DNA of 63,270 nucleotides, counting the filler, from Vannella sp. (taxonomy: Eukaryota), in assembly GCA_023345925.1 (NCBI GenBank). It is 7 parts of 7 records of this genome, joined end to end, with 100 filler letters (N's around TTAATTAATTAA, not from the genome) between each part and the next. Parts side by side here need not be neighbours in the genome. Positions count along the whole stretch, not along the records: positions 18,373 to 35,150 come from JAJQQN010000158.1; positions 35,251 to 41,127 come from JAJQQN010001057.1; positions 41,228 to 45,996 come from JAJQQN010000811.1; 4 more parts are not named here. One strand, given 5' to 3'. How positions within the stretch are numbered: the first letter of the stretch is position 1; each line of letters starts with the position of its first letter. The notes beneath the pieces are model-generated. The model had not been told where the DNA came from. It did not search any database and saw nothing but the letters and a program-made list of their open reading frames with translations. Made by a program: the position numbers and the translations under genes. Positions 32,955-44,517 of this stretch are shown here, piece by piece.

Positions 32955-34369
32955 TTAGAGAAGAAAATCGTTGATTAGAGAGTTGACTCGTTTGGGTGCT
33001 TCGTGAGGAACCCAATGAGAGATCCCTTCGAGGATGACAAGCTTTCCTTGGTCACACATCTCGATGCTGGGCTTGGCCATGGAAGTGCTCAGAGCCACGT
33101 CTTGATCTATTCCTTCTTGTTAGTCACAGTGGAAAGAGGAAGCGTGTTCGTACCGCCCCATATCATCAAAGTGGGCACATTCTCGACCCGCTTGCTGCGA
33201 ATCGGGCGCAGAATAGTCCCTACAACTGCTGCTCTGTACCAGCTGATCATTCCATGAGGCACCCCCTCTTGTGCCCATGCTTCCTTGTACCTTCCCATCC
33301 CATTCAGTGACCCCCACCGCCACCTGGTGGGGTAATCTCACAAGTCAATAGTCGCTGCAGAGAAAGTTCCGGGTGGAGACATGGAAAAGGCACCTGACAG
33401 CCACTCATAGTTGTTCCTATGATAGAGTATGTAAGCCTGTGTCAAGAAGAAGCTACCAAGGTACCTTTGGATCTTGGACTCGGGCAGGAAAGGCACTTGG
33501 AAGAAGAAGATGTACCAACTGTTCTTAATCTGCTGCCAGCTTCCCATTATCTCAGCTTCGAAGACGGTTGGATGTGGCACGTTGATGACTACCATCTTCT
33601 TCAGTCTGTTTGAATGGAACTGGCCCAAATGCCAAGTTACTGCTGCACCCCAATCATGCCCGACCACCTTTCCTCTTTCTGTGAGTTCCTCAAGCGTCCT
33701 GAGAGTATCAGAGGAGTACTAACAGATGCTTTCTCCCTTCCAAAGTGGTCAATGAGCCCAATGATGTCTGCAGCGAGCAGATCCAAGTGATAGTCCATCA
33801 AGCTGGAGAACTTGGCGCTATTGTTGTATCCCCTCTGGTCTGGTGCCACCACAAAGTAACCCAAACGAGAGAAGTGATCCAATTGATGATGCCAGGCGAG
33901 GTACGCTGTCTCAGGGAAGCCATGAAGGAAGATCAACATCTCCCCTCGCGGATTCCCCCCAGTGATCACGCTCAAGTGTCCTACGGTGACCTTCAAGCAT
34001 GTCAACACAGACCCATACGATGATAGAACACTGACACGAGAGCAAGAGTCGCAAGGGGTCAACGACGGGCCATTGATGGGGTAAAGTCTCTTCATATCGA
34101 TCTCAGCACCTACGCCAAGTCAGAGAGCTGAGGTTCCTCGGCAGCGAATGCTACTGGAACGCACCGTGGTAGAAGTAAGCAAAGCAGATGCCCCAGATGA
34201 TGGCACAGAAGGTAGCCACCGCGAGAAGCAAGAAGAAGTCCCGAACCTCTGTGATGATGTACTTGGTCCATCCACTGTACCACCCACCCGCTTTCTTATC
34301 CTTCCTCCGAGAATCCCCCTCCGCCAGGCTCGCTCCGCTCCTCCCTCGCCGTGCTTTCGAAGGAGCCAT
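32955..34369 (-). CDS. alpha/beta-hydrolase, epoxide hydrolase-like, with N-terminal TM
   Basis: FLHGFPE, VAPDQRGY, VGHDWGA, SWYIFFFQ, PTLMIWG, ISHWVPHE. Confidence 0.9.
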
Positions 34370-34758
34370 CCACAAAATGAACCATCCCATGCACCATCCC
34401 ATGCACCATCAGATGGTCCTCCTTTACCATGCTCGCTGCAGAGTTACTCATCAATGATCAATCAGCCGCAAGGAAGCTTCCAGATGGCCTACGGGCTACG
34501 GATTGTTGTTCTCCGTTGCACCAGCTCTTCGGACACTTGCTGTTGAAAGACTGCTTCATTGAGAGGTCACAAACTGTCCGGATTTGAACCCTGTCTTCCT
34601 CATTGAGACTGGGACTTCAAGACAAGGCTTCTAGAAAGATTCGGTGACGCTCTTTCTGAAAGAAGTGGCAATACCAATCAAGTAGGCGTCTTTCGTTATG
34701 ATTTACCATCCTACTCTCTTTAGGACCCTTCTTTCCGTTCTTTTGAGAGGAATACATG

Positions 34759-35150
34759 TTAGGTTGACTGCTTTATCGTCACCCAAGGGTGCGCGAGGAC
34801 CTCTTGGATGGATGGGCGGGACACTGGATTGGAATGGAGCATCCATCGCATCAGTGTCTGATACTCTCTATCTCGGTTTAACATGTTACCCAAGCTCAGA
34901 GGTAGGGGGAAGGAGGACCGCCTTGAGGACAGGGGCCAAGGAAAGCAACCCGTCACCAAAACGTGGAGGATGACTCCCAAGCTGAAGATGTCCGCCGCTG
35001 CCACGTCAAAGTCATTGTGAGAGAATCTTTCGGGACTAGAGTACTCTTTGGTGCTCACAGAAGCCAGGAAGTGATCGTACCTCCGCGATGAAGTCGTCCA
35101 TTGGTGAGACCGACCAAAGTCACACAGTCGGAGATCGCCCTCGCTATTGA
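34759..35150 (-). CDS. Ser/Thr protein kinase, C-terminal half (5' truncated at contig end)
   Basis: NSEGDLRLCDFG, YSSPE, ADIFSLGVIL, RPSIQEVLAHPW. Confidence 0.88.
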
Positions 35151-35250
35151 NNNNNNNNNNNNNNNNNNNNNNNNNNNNNNNNNNNNNNNNNNNNTTAATT
35201 AATTAANNNNNNNNNNNNNNNNNNNNNNNNNNNNNNNNNNNNNNNNNNNN
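35151..35250. other. artificial contig linker
   Basis: 100-nt N run with TTAATTAATTAA. Confidence 0.98.
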
Positions 35251-35814
35251 CTCGGCCACACCAATTACGCTGATCAACCGACCCTTTTACAGGTAGAAGA
35301 ACGCTCTGAAGGGCCTCTTCGATGCCTGGCTGCCCTCTCTGAAGGAGTGATTCTCATCGACTCGGAAGGAGGCGTCTTCTCCTCTGGTAACAACTCTGAT
35401 GGACAACTGGGGCGCGCTATCGAGGATAACACGAAGCTTCAGCGAATCGAGAACATCCCTCCCATGCTTGCAGCTTCCTGTGGATCCTATCACACTTTCT
35501 CTCTGGATGAGAACGGCGGCGTCTGGGCCTGGGGATACGGTGAATACGGACATTTGGGGACGGGAAACACTCAGCATCAGCGCCAACCCGTTTTGGTCCC
35601 TCTGTTGGATAGAATGAGCGCCCTAGTGGCAGGAAGAGTTCATTCTTTGGCGTTCCCAGAGGAAGGCGGCCTGCTGGTCTTCGGACGCAACAACTTTGGA
35701 CAACTCGGACTCAATCACACGACCAACCAACTCACTCCCGCACTTTCTTCCCTCCAGCCCGCTCCCCCTCCCTCAGCCATCCGCAGCAGAAACAAAAGCG
35801 CCCGCTTCCTTTGA
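35251..35814 (+). CDS. RCC1-repeat protein (5' truncated)
   Basis: Frame open from the contig start; GNNSDGQLG, SCGSYHT, WGYGEYGHLG, FGRNNFGQLG. Confidence 0.9.
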   Translation, partial: LGHTNYADQPTLLQVEERSEGPLRCLAALSEGVILIDSEGGVFSSGNNSDGQLGRAIEDNTKLQRIENIPPMLAASCGSYHTFSLDENGGVWAWGYGEYGHLGTGNTQHQRQPVLVPLLDRMSALVAGRVHSLAFPEEGGLLVFGRNNFGQLGLNHTTNQLTPALSSLQPAPPPSAIRSRNKSARFL

Positions 35815-36412
35815 TGCTTGTCAAGGAGGACTAAGGAGGAGTGTCGTTCAAGTTGGTTCAAGAAGGGAGGAGTCTGCGCATGGGCTGAGTTCCTCCAGGA
35901 ATCTGCGAGTGAGGGAGTCAAAGAGTACCTGCGTACTTTGATGGGGGCCTATCATGGCATCAACCGGAAGAGATCCTCGAATTAAGTGATCAACCCCGAA
36001 GAAGGAAGGAACTTTCCTGAATAGGGCTTACCTCTTTCGCTTACTCACTCGGGTCCTTCACTTCTCTCTCCATTGGAACCCCATTAGCATTCATTGGAAT
36101 GCTGTTGGGCAATCACACGTTCCCCCTCTTCCCGGAAGGGGCCTTTTCGGTTTTGGATGGAATAACAACAGCGTGGGCCAACTTGGACTCCAGTCACAAA
36201 AACAACCAACAGTAACCTGCAGAGGTCCCTCCGGCTGGTTGCTCTCATCCCTCTCTCCCATCTTCCAGCAAGTTTCAAGTCTCCCTGAAATTCAGAACGC
36301 TTGCCATGGCTGAAAGCAGAAAGATCTATTAATACTATAAAAGGAGATGTCTCTAGCTTGAGACCCGCTCGCGTTTCTCTAAATGACTTCCAAGTGTCGA
36401 GTGAATGAAGGC

Positions 36413-37288
36413 TCACAAAAGCAGGATCGGACTGGAAGGGGCAAAAGGGGCAGATACTTGGCGTTGTGGGAGTGGATTGTAGCTGGTATGAGTTTTACAG
36501 TGAAAGCTGGCTTCGCGAATGACAAAGCATCCTGATTCGCCAGCTCGGAAGAAGCTAAAGAAGTGAATGAAGACTCCAACGCTTCTGTCTCCTTCAGGAC
36601 TGACAATGTGGCCTCGAACAGTGACTTTGAGCTGTCCAAACTCATCGTACTCGTCCTCATGACTTCCATACATGAAGCGAAAGCGGGCTACCATGGTCAG
36701 TAAGCGCTTGACCTCCTCTGATTTATATGCCTTCTGCTCGTGAGTGAGATGAGCTCCGTCTTGGTCAAAGAGGAACAGATATGCCTCTCCAGAAGGGGAG
36801 AACAAGCCACGGTTTACAACATCTTCAGGAGAGGAGCTATGGATGATCTGATAGAAGAGACGGGAGAACTGCAGCCCCAAACTCTCCTCGGTGGGGTTCT
36901 GGGCGGCTTGTTCCTTCTGGTAGGGCGCTAAAGAGTTATGGGATTCTCCTTCGCGCTTTGATGGGCTCGAGGTCGCCCTGCTGGCATCAGAACGGACAGC
37001 CATGGAGAGGCGCTCTTTCTCCCAGTGAGCTAACAGTCCCTCGCGCATCTCTCCCACCAATCTACAGTAAGGAGCTCCCAGCTTGTCCAAGTACACCTGT
37101 AGAAAGGACTTGGAACAGGTGTTAACAAGCCGCAGCTGAGAGAGATTGGATAACATTTGGATGCGCTCTTCTTCATCCTTCCCGTAGATGCCATTGCGAC
37201 CAGCCATATCCAATGTCTCTTCTTTGGAAAGGAACCTCAGGAAGAGAACCTTCTGCTCTCTCTGTTGGTCCACACTGGAGTGTGACAT
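36413..37288 (-). CDS. hypothetical protein (probably spliced; 3' end uncertain)
   Basis: 291-aa ATG ORF with a degenerate telo-box about 30-50 nt upstream; no family recognised. Confidence 0.55.
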   Translation of the reverse strand: MSHSSVDQQREQKVLFLRFLSKEETLDMAGRNGIYGKDEEERIQMLSNLSQLRLVNTCSKSFLQVYLDKLGAPYCRLVGEMREGLLAHWEKERLSMAVRSDASRATSSPSKREGESHNSLAPYQKEQAAQNPTEESLGLQFSRLFYQIIHSSSPEDVVNRGLFSPSGEAYLFLFDQDGAHLTHEQKAYKSEEVKRLLTMVARFRFMYGSHEDEYDEFGQLKVTVRGHIVSPEGDRSVGVFIHFFSFFRAGESGCFVIREASFHCKTHTSYNPLPQRQVSAPFAPSSPILLL

Positions 37289-37403
37289 GAGAGGGGAGGT
37301 GACGGGAAGTTATGAATAGGGTGTAGGGTTAAGGGGTTGGAGGGGGTAATTCTAACTCCTTCCCACGATGAAGGGAGATTCATAACCTCGCTATTTAATG
37401 GAA

Positions 37404-38669
37404 TTAATGCTTGTGGTGGAGGTGAGGAAGGTGGAAGAAGTGGGAATGCTTCTCAAGGGCGTCCTTGGCGGGTTGGTAGCCGAGGTCGGCGCTTTGATGC
37501 CAAAGCTCCTTGCCCTTGTCTTTGTTCTGCTTGGTTCCCTGGCCTTCGTAGTAGGAGGTGGCCAGACAATGGAGAGCAGCTGCCTTGGCATCCTCGTCCT
37601 CATCTTGCTTGCTTGCAGCTTCAAAGAGAGCAAAGGCCTTCTTGTGGTCTTTCTGGACGCCATCTCCGTTGTCATAACAGATACCCAGGTTAGTTTGAGC
37701 TAACGGGTGGCTCTTGGCAGCAGCCAGCTCGTAGTAGTGCACAGCCTTGACCATATCCTCCTTGACACCTTCTCCACGACGGTAGCAGTTGGCCAGGTTG
37801 TACTGAGCATCACGGTTGCCCCAGTCGGCTGCCTTTGTGTACAGTTCAACGGCTTTGGAGAGATCCTCAGAGGTCCCCTCTCCGTGTTGGTAGCAGTAAG
37901 CGAGGTTAAAGATTGCCTTACGGTCGTTCTGAGCAGCAGAGAGAGCGTAGAGGGAGAAAGCCTTCTCTAAGTCTTGCTCGACACCTTCACCATGCTCGTA
38001 GCACACGCCCAAGTCAAACTGAGCTTCAGGGTCACCTCTGTTAGCTGCGCGGGTGATCCATTCAACAGCTTTCGCGATGTCAACCTCCACTCCGATGCCG
38101 TGCTCGTAGCACTGGCCGAGGTGATGCTCTGCGTCAGAGAAGTTCTGAGCGGCAGAGAGCTCGTACATGGCGACAGCCTTCTGATAGTCCTTTTCTACAA
38201 GAACACCATACTCGTACAGCTCGCCCATCTTGCACTGAGCCTCTCGGCAGCCTTTCTCGGCGGCCTGTTGGAAGAGCGCTAGAGCACGTTCGAGGTCCTT
38301 CTCCTTTCCAATACCAGACTCGTAGCATAGTGCTAAGCTATAGATAGAATCAGCAGCGTCCGCTTCAGCGCCTTCCTGGAACAAAGCAGCCGCACGTTCG
38401 ACATCAACTGGGGTTCCTTCACCATAAGCGTGGCAAAGGGCCAAGTTGTGGATAGCCTTGATATCCTGTTGAGCAGCAGCCTTCTCGAAGAAGCTGACAG
38501 CTTGCTCCTGATCTTGAGAGAGGTCTGGGTGTCCACGAAGGTACAAGTTGCCCAAAATACGTTGTGAGTGAGCCACTCCAGCCAAAGCCTGGGCTCTCAA
38601 CTCCTCCAGCTCACTCGTGCTAATAGGTTCCACCACAGAATCACCTCCAAAGCGGCAACGTTGTTCCAT
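37404..38669 (-). CDS. Sel1-like repeat protein
   Basis: About 10 repeats of the AQFDLGVCYEHGEGVEQDLEKA type; intronless; His-rich C-terminus. Confidence 0.93.
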   Translation of the reverse strand: MEQRCRFGGDSVVEPISTSELEELRAQALAGVAHSQRILGNLYLRGHPDLSQDQEQAVSFFEKAAAQQDIKAIHNLALCHAYGEGTPVDVERAAALFQEGAEADAADSIYSLALCYESGIGKEKDLERALALFQQAAEKGCREAQCKMGELYEYGVLVEKDYQKAVAMYELSAAQNFSDAEHHLGQCYEHGIGVEVDIAKAVEWITRAANRGDPEAQFDLGVCYEHGEGVEQDLEKAFSLYALSAAQNDRKAIFNLAYCYQHGEGTSEDLSKAVELYTKAADWGNRDAQYNLANCYRRGEGVKEDMVKAVHYYELAAAKSHPLAQTNLGICYDNGDGVQKDHKKAFALFEAASKQDEDEDAKAAALHCLATSYYEGQGTKQNKDKGKELWHQSADLGYQPAKDALEKHSHFFHLPHLHHKH

Positions 38670-38812
38670 CGCGGTCCAAAAAAGAATGATCCCATTAAAC
38701 CCCAATTTGTGCAATAATCACGTTTCTATTCCGAAGCCTTCTTTTGAAATTCAAGGACCATTTTAGTGGAACTTTCGAAAGTTTGGGTTTTGGTTGGTTG
38801 AGTCACTTTCTC

Positions 38813-39626
38813 ATGTCCAAAGGGTGGTTGGTGCTGGCGGTGGTCTTGCTGATGCTGGGATGGAGTTTCTCATCCCCTGTGTATGGGGTGGATGTGTCTG
38901 ACCCAGTACTGCCCAGTGCATGGAGTTGTTTGGAGAGCTCGTTGAAGACAACCTTCGCCATCATTCGCGTACGTTCTTGCCGTTTGGCTGTATTCAGGAA
39001 ATTAAACGATGTTTCTGTAGTGCTGGCATAGCTATGGAGCTCCTGATACCAACGCACCACGTGAGTAACCTCATGGAATCCTCCTCTTTGCTCATGTTTC
39101 TCTAGACACTATTGCCAATGCCCAGGCTGCTAAGATTGGCCGCGTTGACGTTTACATGGTAAGTATTTGATACGTTATGGCCTGTTCTCATCACCTGCTT
39201 GACCCCCCTCAGTACCCCGATGTATCCGGAGATTCTGCTCAATCTCAAGTCCAACAGGCTGTCAGTTACCTCAAGTCGTATAACAGCAAGTATAGTACCT
39301 TCTGGCTTGACATTGAAGGTCAATGGAGCTCTTCGAAGACGTCAAATCAGCAGTTCTTCGAGAACTTGGTCAGTGAGGCTCAAAAGCTCAATCAGACCGT
39401 TGGCATCTACACGAGCGAGTCTCAGTGGAGTGTTATTATGGGTGATTCATACACCAAAGGAAGCAAATTCCCACTCTGGTATGCACACTACGACAACGTT
39501 GCCTCTTTCTCCGACTTTAAACCCTTTGCCGGTTGGACTAAGCCTGCGATGAAGCAATACTCTGGAGACGACGAAGATTGTGGCATCAATCTTGATCAGA
39601 ACTGGGCTCCTACCATCAACTACTAA
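38813..39626 (+). CDS. secreted GH25-type (protist/nematode) lysozyme
   Basis: Signal peptide, YGVDVS, FAIIRCW, VDVYM, FWLDIE, VGIYTS, LWYAHYD, FAGWTKPAMKQY; three introns. Confidence 0.9.
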
Positions 39627-39721
39627 CGGATACCTTCGGAATCTCATTCATCTATAAACGAACAAAGTGGACCTTTGAACAGCATTGATGTATCTAGTGC
39701 CAATCTGATATCCAATTGAAG

Positions 39722-40983
39722 TTAAATGGACTTTTTGAATCGATTCACAAGAGAAAACGCCTCCTGAATAGGCACGAAAGCCGAAGTGAGACTTTGACAA
39801 AGAAAATCGACTGTCATTGATGCCCTCTTCTCCTCTGACCCAAACGTGAAGATTCCTGTACATCTCCTTAGTTTGTGCTCAATAAGTAGACTTGTAATCT
39901 CACCAGCACACTCCATCGTTCCGATGCCGATGAAAGGAGGCAGTTGAGAGCGATTGTACCTAAAACCAATGTAGATGAATTCCAAGGCACAGAACCTCCC
40001 ATAGAAACTTACCGACGAAGAAAAACATAGATAGAGCCTTTCCCGATGACTAAATTAAAGGGAACGCTTTCACTCCAAAGATGCTCTAGGAAAGAGAATA
40101 CCTCTTTGGCCACCACTGGGATATCACTCATCTTCGCTATTTGGAAATTGATGTGGACACAAGAGCACTGGCAATCACTTCCGTGAAGCTTGATACGAGT
40201 GGACATGGTAACATTCCCGGGCCCTTCAAAGAAAGGGTCTTTTTGGGGACCAGATGTTGATAAAAGGGGTGACGAAGAGTAATATGAGTGACAGTGAATG
40301 TGGTTTTGAGAAGCTCCTGCTCCTATCGAGTTGTAACCGATAAAGCCAAGCTCTCCTCTGCTGGAGGGAATAGAGTGATGCATTAGATCGATTAGATCTT
40401 CGATATCAGCCTCGGAGAGGGCCTGAGAGCGTCGATTAGAGGGCTCTTGAACATCGGGTACCAGTAAAAAGTGGCCACGAGGGTCTTGTGGTGCAATATT
40501 CCAATGAAACTGCCAAGGGCGATTATTTCCCATTGGGGTTAAGGTCGCTAAGGGTTCTCTTTGAAGTAGTGTGTTAGCTCCTGTACAGAGAGAGCATTCT
40601 GGTTCAATATGAGCTCGTGGAATCAAGTATTGAGGTTCATTAGGCTCGATCTTTACAATCCCTGGATCCAATGTGGTGTAAAGCGTGCGATAATCTAACA
40701 CTGGGCGCATTGAGAGAGGGATATCATGATCTAGTTGGAAGTTTCTCGCTTTTGGAAGTGGTTGAATGAACTCCAAGTGCTGATCCGACTCATGGTGGAC
40801 ACTAAACGGTACGATCTCTTTGTTCTCCTCCGGGCTCACCCGCAGTCCGTAGCGAATGGGAATCAGCTTTCCAGTAGATGGCGACTTGATCGTACAGATT
40901 GTCTGGATCTTCCCAAGAGCAACCAGTTCCCTCCATCGAAGTCCCATGTCCACCACCCCAACTCCCTTCCCCAAGAACCGCAT
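39722..40983 (-). CDS. HIT/GalT-superfamily nucleotidyl phosphorylase (GDPGP1/VTC2/Ap4A phosphorylase-like)
   Basis: GHFLLVP and GYNSIGAGASQNHIHCH; VPFNLVI...YVFLRR followed by a GTAAGT intron. Start may be 40947. Confidence 0.7.
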
Positions 40984-41064
40984 CAATGAAAAATGACTAT
41001 CATGTTCTGAATGCCAATGATTCAATGGATTGGAGAGGTGCAAATGGATGGTAGGGCTGAGAGA

Positions 41065-41083
41065 TTTAGGGTTTAGGGTTTAG
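41065..41083. promoter_or_regulatory. telo-box-like repeat
   Basis: TTTAGGGTTTAGGGTTTAG about 80 nt upstream of a minus-strand gene. Confidence 0.55.
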
Positions 41084-41127
41084 TGCACTACTTCCGACAT
41101 GTCCCCTTGCAAATAAGTTGGATTCTC

Positions 41128-41227
41128 NNNNNNNNNNNNNNNNNNNNNNNNNNNNNNNNNNNNNNNNNNNNTTAATTAATTAANNNNNNNNNNNNNNNNN
41201 NNNNNNNNNNNNNNNNNNNNNNNNNNN
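41128..41227. other. artificial contig linker
   Basis: 100-nt N run with TTAATTAATTAA. Confidence 0.98.
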
Positions 41228-41568
41228 AGGGCAAGCTGCGCAAAAACGAGTTCTGCTCCCTGTTCCCCTTCAGTCGTGGATTTTCTCAAGGAGCACAGAG
41301 AGAATTCTCACTACTTTAACTTCTAGAACCTCCTGGATCTTCCTTCTTTGTATTCAATAGCGCACTTGACAACAAGAGGGTTGTGCAACCACGCAACAAC
41401 CCAAAGCCTGTTTCTGGACCAATTCAAGGAATGGTCTTGAAACGGACGCTACCTTTGCGAAAATACCATATATGTGACCATTTCACCTGTATTCGTTACT
41501 TGAAGAGCTCTGTATCGCTCTTGCGGCGACTGCGGGTCACAGGAACGATCATTTTCCCTCCTGGTTTG

Positions 41569-43232
41569 ATGAAGACTGCCTTCATCACCTTGGTGCTCTT
41601 GGGGCTCTTCTACTCTGCCTTGGGATCGTGCACTGCTTGCCAAGCGTATGCGGGTGTGGTCCATCTGGACTGCTCCGTCCCTTCTTCCGTTGCCCTTCGA
41701 ACAGCTTTTCCACAGCTTCAAGTGTTTTGCGGATTTGCTTTTTCTGAGAGCGAAGACGATCAGGTATGCTTCTAGACTGCGCGTTTCCGCTTCTCTGGAC
41801 TGATGAATTGTGATAGCAAAGATGCATGAGCGCCACTTCTGAGTACCTCGAAGACGTCCATCGGGACACCATCAGTGAGTCTTCGCACGAAGATGTTGTG
41901 GTTGTTCCGGCTTCTCGGCTGTGTGCTGCCGTCTCTGAATGTGATGTGATCTGCTGTTTGACGGAATACGTCCCTGAGCAACTCCATCTGGCTCTGGGAG
42001 CTGATGAGACACAAATGACGGTCAGTTGGGTGACTTACAAGAGGTTGTCGAACCCCGCTGTCTACTTTTGGGAGGCCAACAAGCATGAGAACCTGACTAT
42101 TCGTGGTATGAACGCAGCTGTGAGTACCTACACTGCTGGTGGATGGCTGGGAACCATCTACAACGTGACCTTGAAGAACCTCGAGGCGGGTACAACGTAC
42201 CGTTACCGCTTGTCGGGTGCCAATGATAAGAACCAGAACCCAGAGTTCATTGAGCGAGTCTTTACCACTCCTATTGCTGCTTCTTCTGAGCCACTTGCCC
42301 CTCGCAGCCTCAAAGCGAAGACTGTTCCGTACGTTCCTGGTACTTCTGCCAGTGTTATCGCCTTCTATGGGGACATGAGCACGGCTGAAGCAGCTCAAGA
42401 GACCTCTAACGCCCTTGCTACCCTCGCTGCAAACAGAACTCTCCAACTCGTTGTTCAAGGCGGCGACTTGTCCTACGCCAACGGCAATGAGACCATCTGG
42501 GACGAGTACATGCGTCAAACCCAGCAGTTCTGCTCTCAGGTACCGATCATGGTGGCCCCTGGAAACCACGAGAACTACTACCACTTTGCGTCGTATGACT
42601 CCCGCTTCTTCATGCCTTGGACTGCCTCTGGTTCACGTTCGAAGCAGTACTACAGCTTCAACCATGAGAAGATCCACTTCGTCAGCTGGTCCATCGAGGA
42701 GTTGGATGGCGCTGATCTGCTCCCTTTGGGTCGCCAACGACGCTGGTTGGAGGCTGATCTTGCTCAGGCTAACCTGGAGCGAGACGTTCGCCCTTGGGTT
42801 GTGTTGTGGGGTCATCGTCCCCTCTATTGCTCTTCAGATAGCAGCGATTGCACCTCTCTAGCGATCAAGTTGCGCGATCTGATCGAGGGACTCGTCAACA
42901 AGTACCACGTGGACGTCGTTCTGCAAGCTCACAAGCACAACTACGAGAGATCCTATCCTGTCTACAAGTCTGTACCTACCCAGATGGACTACGAGGACCC
43001 AGAGGCGCCAATGTACTATGTTGTTGGCACTGCCGGGCGCGGCAAGAACGACGACTTCCTCTCCCCTCCTGAGTGGAGTGCGCACCAAGATGACACGTAC
43101 GGCTTCCTGCTGATGAGTGCTCCCGACCAGTTCTCGCTAGAGATGGTGTATTTGAGCAAATCCTTCCACGTTCACGACTCTGCCACCATCACTCGCTCCA
43201 CCAACATCACCAACTGGACCTTCTCCCATTAA
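41569..43232 (+). CDS. secreted purple acid phosphatase with N-terminal saposin-like Cys region
   Basis: Signal peptide; PEQLHLAL FN3-like start; metal motifs YGDMS, GDLSY, GNHE, GHRPLY, AHKHNYER. Confidence 0.9.
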
Positions 43233-43372
43233 GGAGAACTCTGTGACTAGGGGATGACTCATCCGTACGATGGACTCTCACCCCCCCTTCCCAGGATCCC
43301 CATCGGGGACCTCCCTGGACTGAAAGACACCTTTTAAAGATAGATAGGATCGTTTAACAGACGTGTGCCCTT

Positions 43373-44475
43373 CTAAGGTTGTGGGCTGAAGCGAACCTGA
43401 TGGAGAACGGAGGCGGGAACGAAAAAAGCAGAATAGTGAATAGTGTCTGGCGTGGTGTCTTGGTGGTAGTGGCCGCCTGTTGTTCGGTCCGAGCTCCAAA
43501 AGTGAGTGTGCTCCAAGCGGCAATCTGTGCCCAATGCATTGCTGAGAATGGTACTTTGACAGACCAAAGGAAGTGTTTCTGTTCGGTAACGGAGCCAATC
43601 CTCAATCATGAACGGGATCGTCATTGGCCCCTGCATACCCTTCAACTCTCTAGCCATTGAACAGAAGGAGACACTCACTTCAGGGAAACCAGGCATGATA
43701 TGAGAGCGAATGGCTCCGTTCTGCACCAGAAAGACTCCTCCCAAGCCCACTGCCTGTTCAGGGAAGCTAGAAGTAAGGCAAGTTCGGATAGCTTCAATGA
43801 AATCCTTCTCTCCGGTGCGGATGGAGGCATCAATGTGAATGACAGGCCCACTTCCATTCATGTCACCTCCAAGTGACTAATTGACTTTCCCCTTTGGCCA
43901 CTTACCGGCAAGGTTGGGTCAGGAGAAGGTTTGCAAAGCCTCCAGTGAGAACAGAATCGTAGTCTCTGGGACATGGAATGGTCTCCGTATCGTCCAGCAA
44001 GACGCCAAGGGACCGGTTTTGTTGGTTCTCCAAGTCAAGGTTGGGAACCAGCTCTCTTCACTGCAGTGAGACCCTGAATAGCATGTAATAGAGAACTGAC
44101 CCCGTCTTTTCAGTTACAGAAAGAGCGCAGGCCCCAGCTCCCAGGAAGAATGAGCGATCCTCTCCACAAAGCCTAGAGAGTGAGCTTCTGAGAGACGTGA
44201 GGGCTTTAGCCTTACCTTCTAACCTCAGAAAGATCAAACACTCGCTCCCTTCGACTCGGTTCTTGCAGATTGGCAGCGCAGCCAAGATCAAGCAACGCTC
44301 CTTCGCTCCCCAACCCTTCAGCAGCCATCCCCCACGGCGCCTCGCGTAGGTCTGGACACGGGACCACACGCACGTCTACAGACGCAAAGTTCTCATCCAA
44401 AGCGCTCTTTAAGGCGCAGAGGAGCTGCTCCAGAGCGGGCTGATGAAGAGGGAAGGTCCTCACACTCAAAGCCAT
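43373..44475 (-). CDS. C11orf54: C11orf54/PTD012-like ester hydrolase (DUF1907)
   Basis: VVPCPDLREAPW, FLGAGA, GLGGVF, HIMPGF, RLEHTHF, GGHYHQDTTP; final exon uncertain. Confidence 0.85.
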
Positions 44476-44517
44476 CGCTAAATGAGGGGCAAAGGGAAGA
44501 CAGAAGGCTATTCTTTG

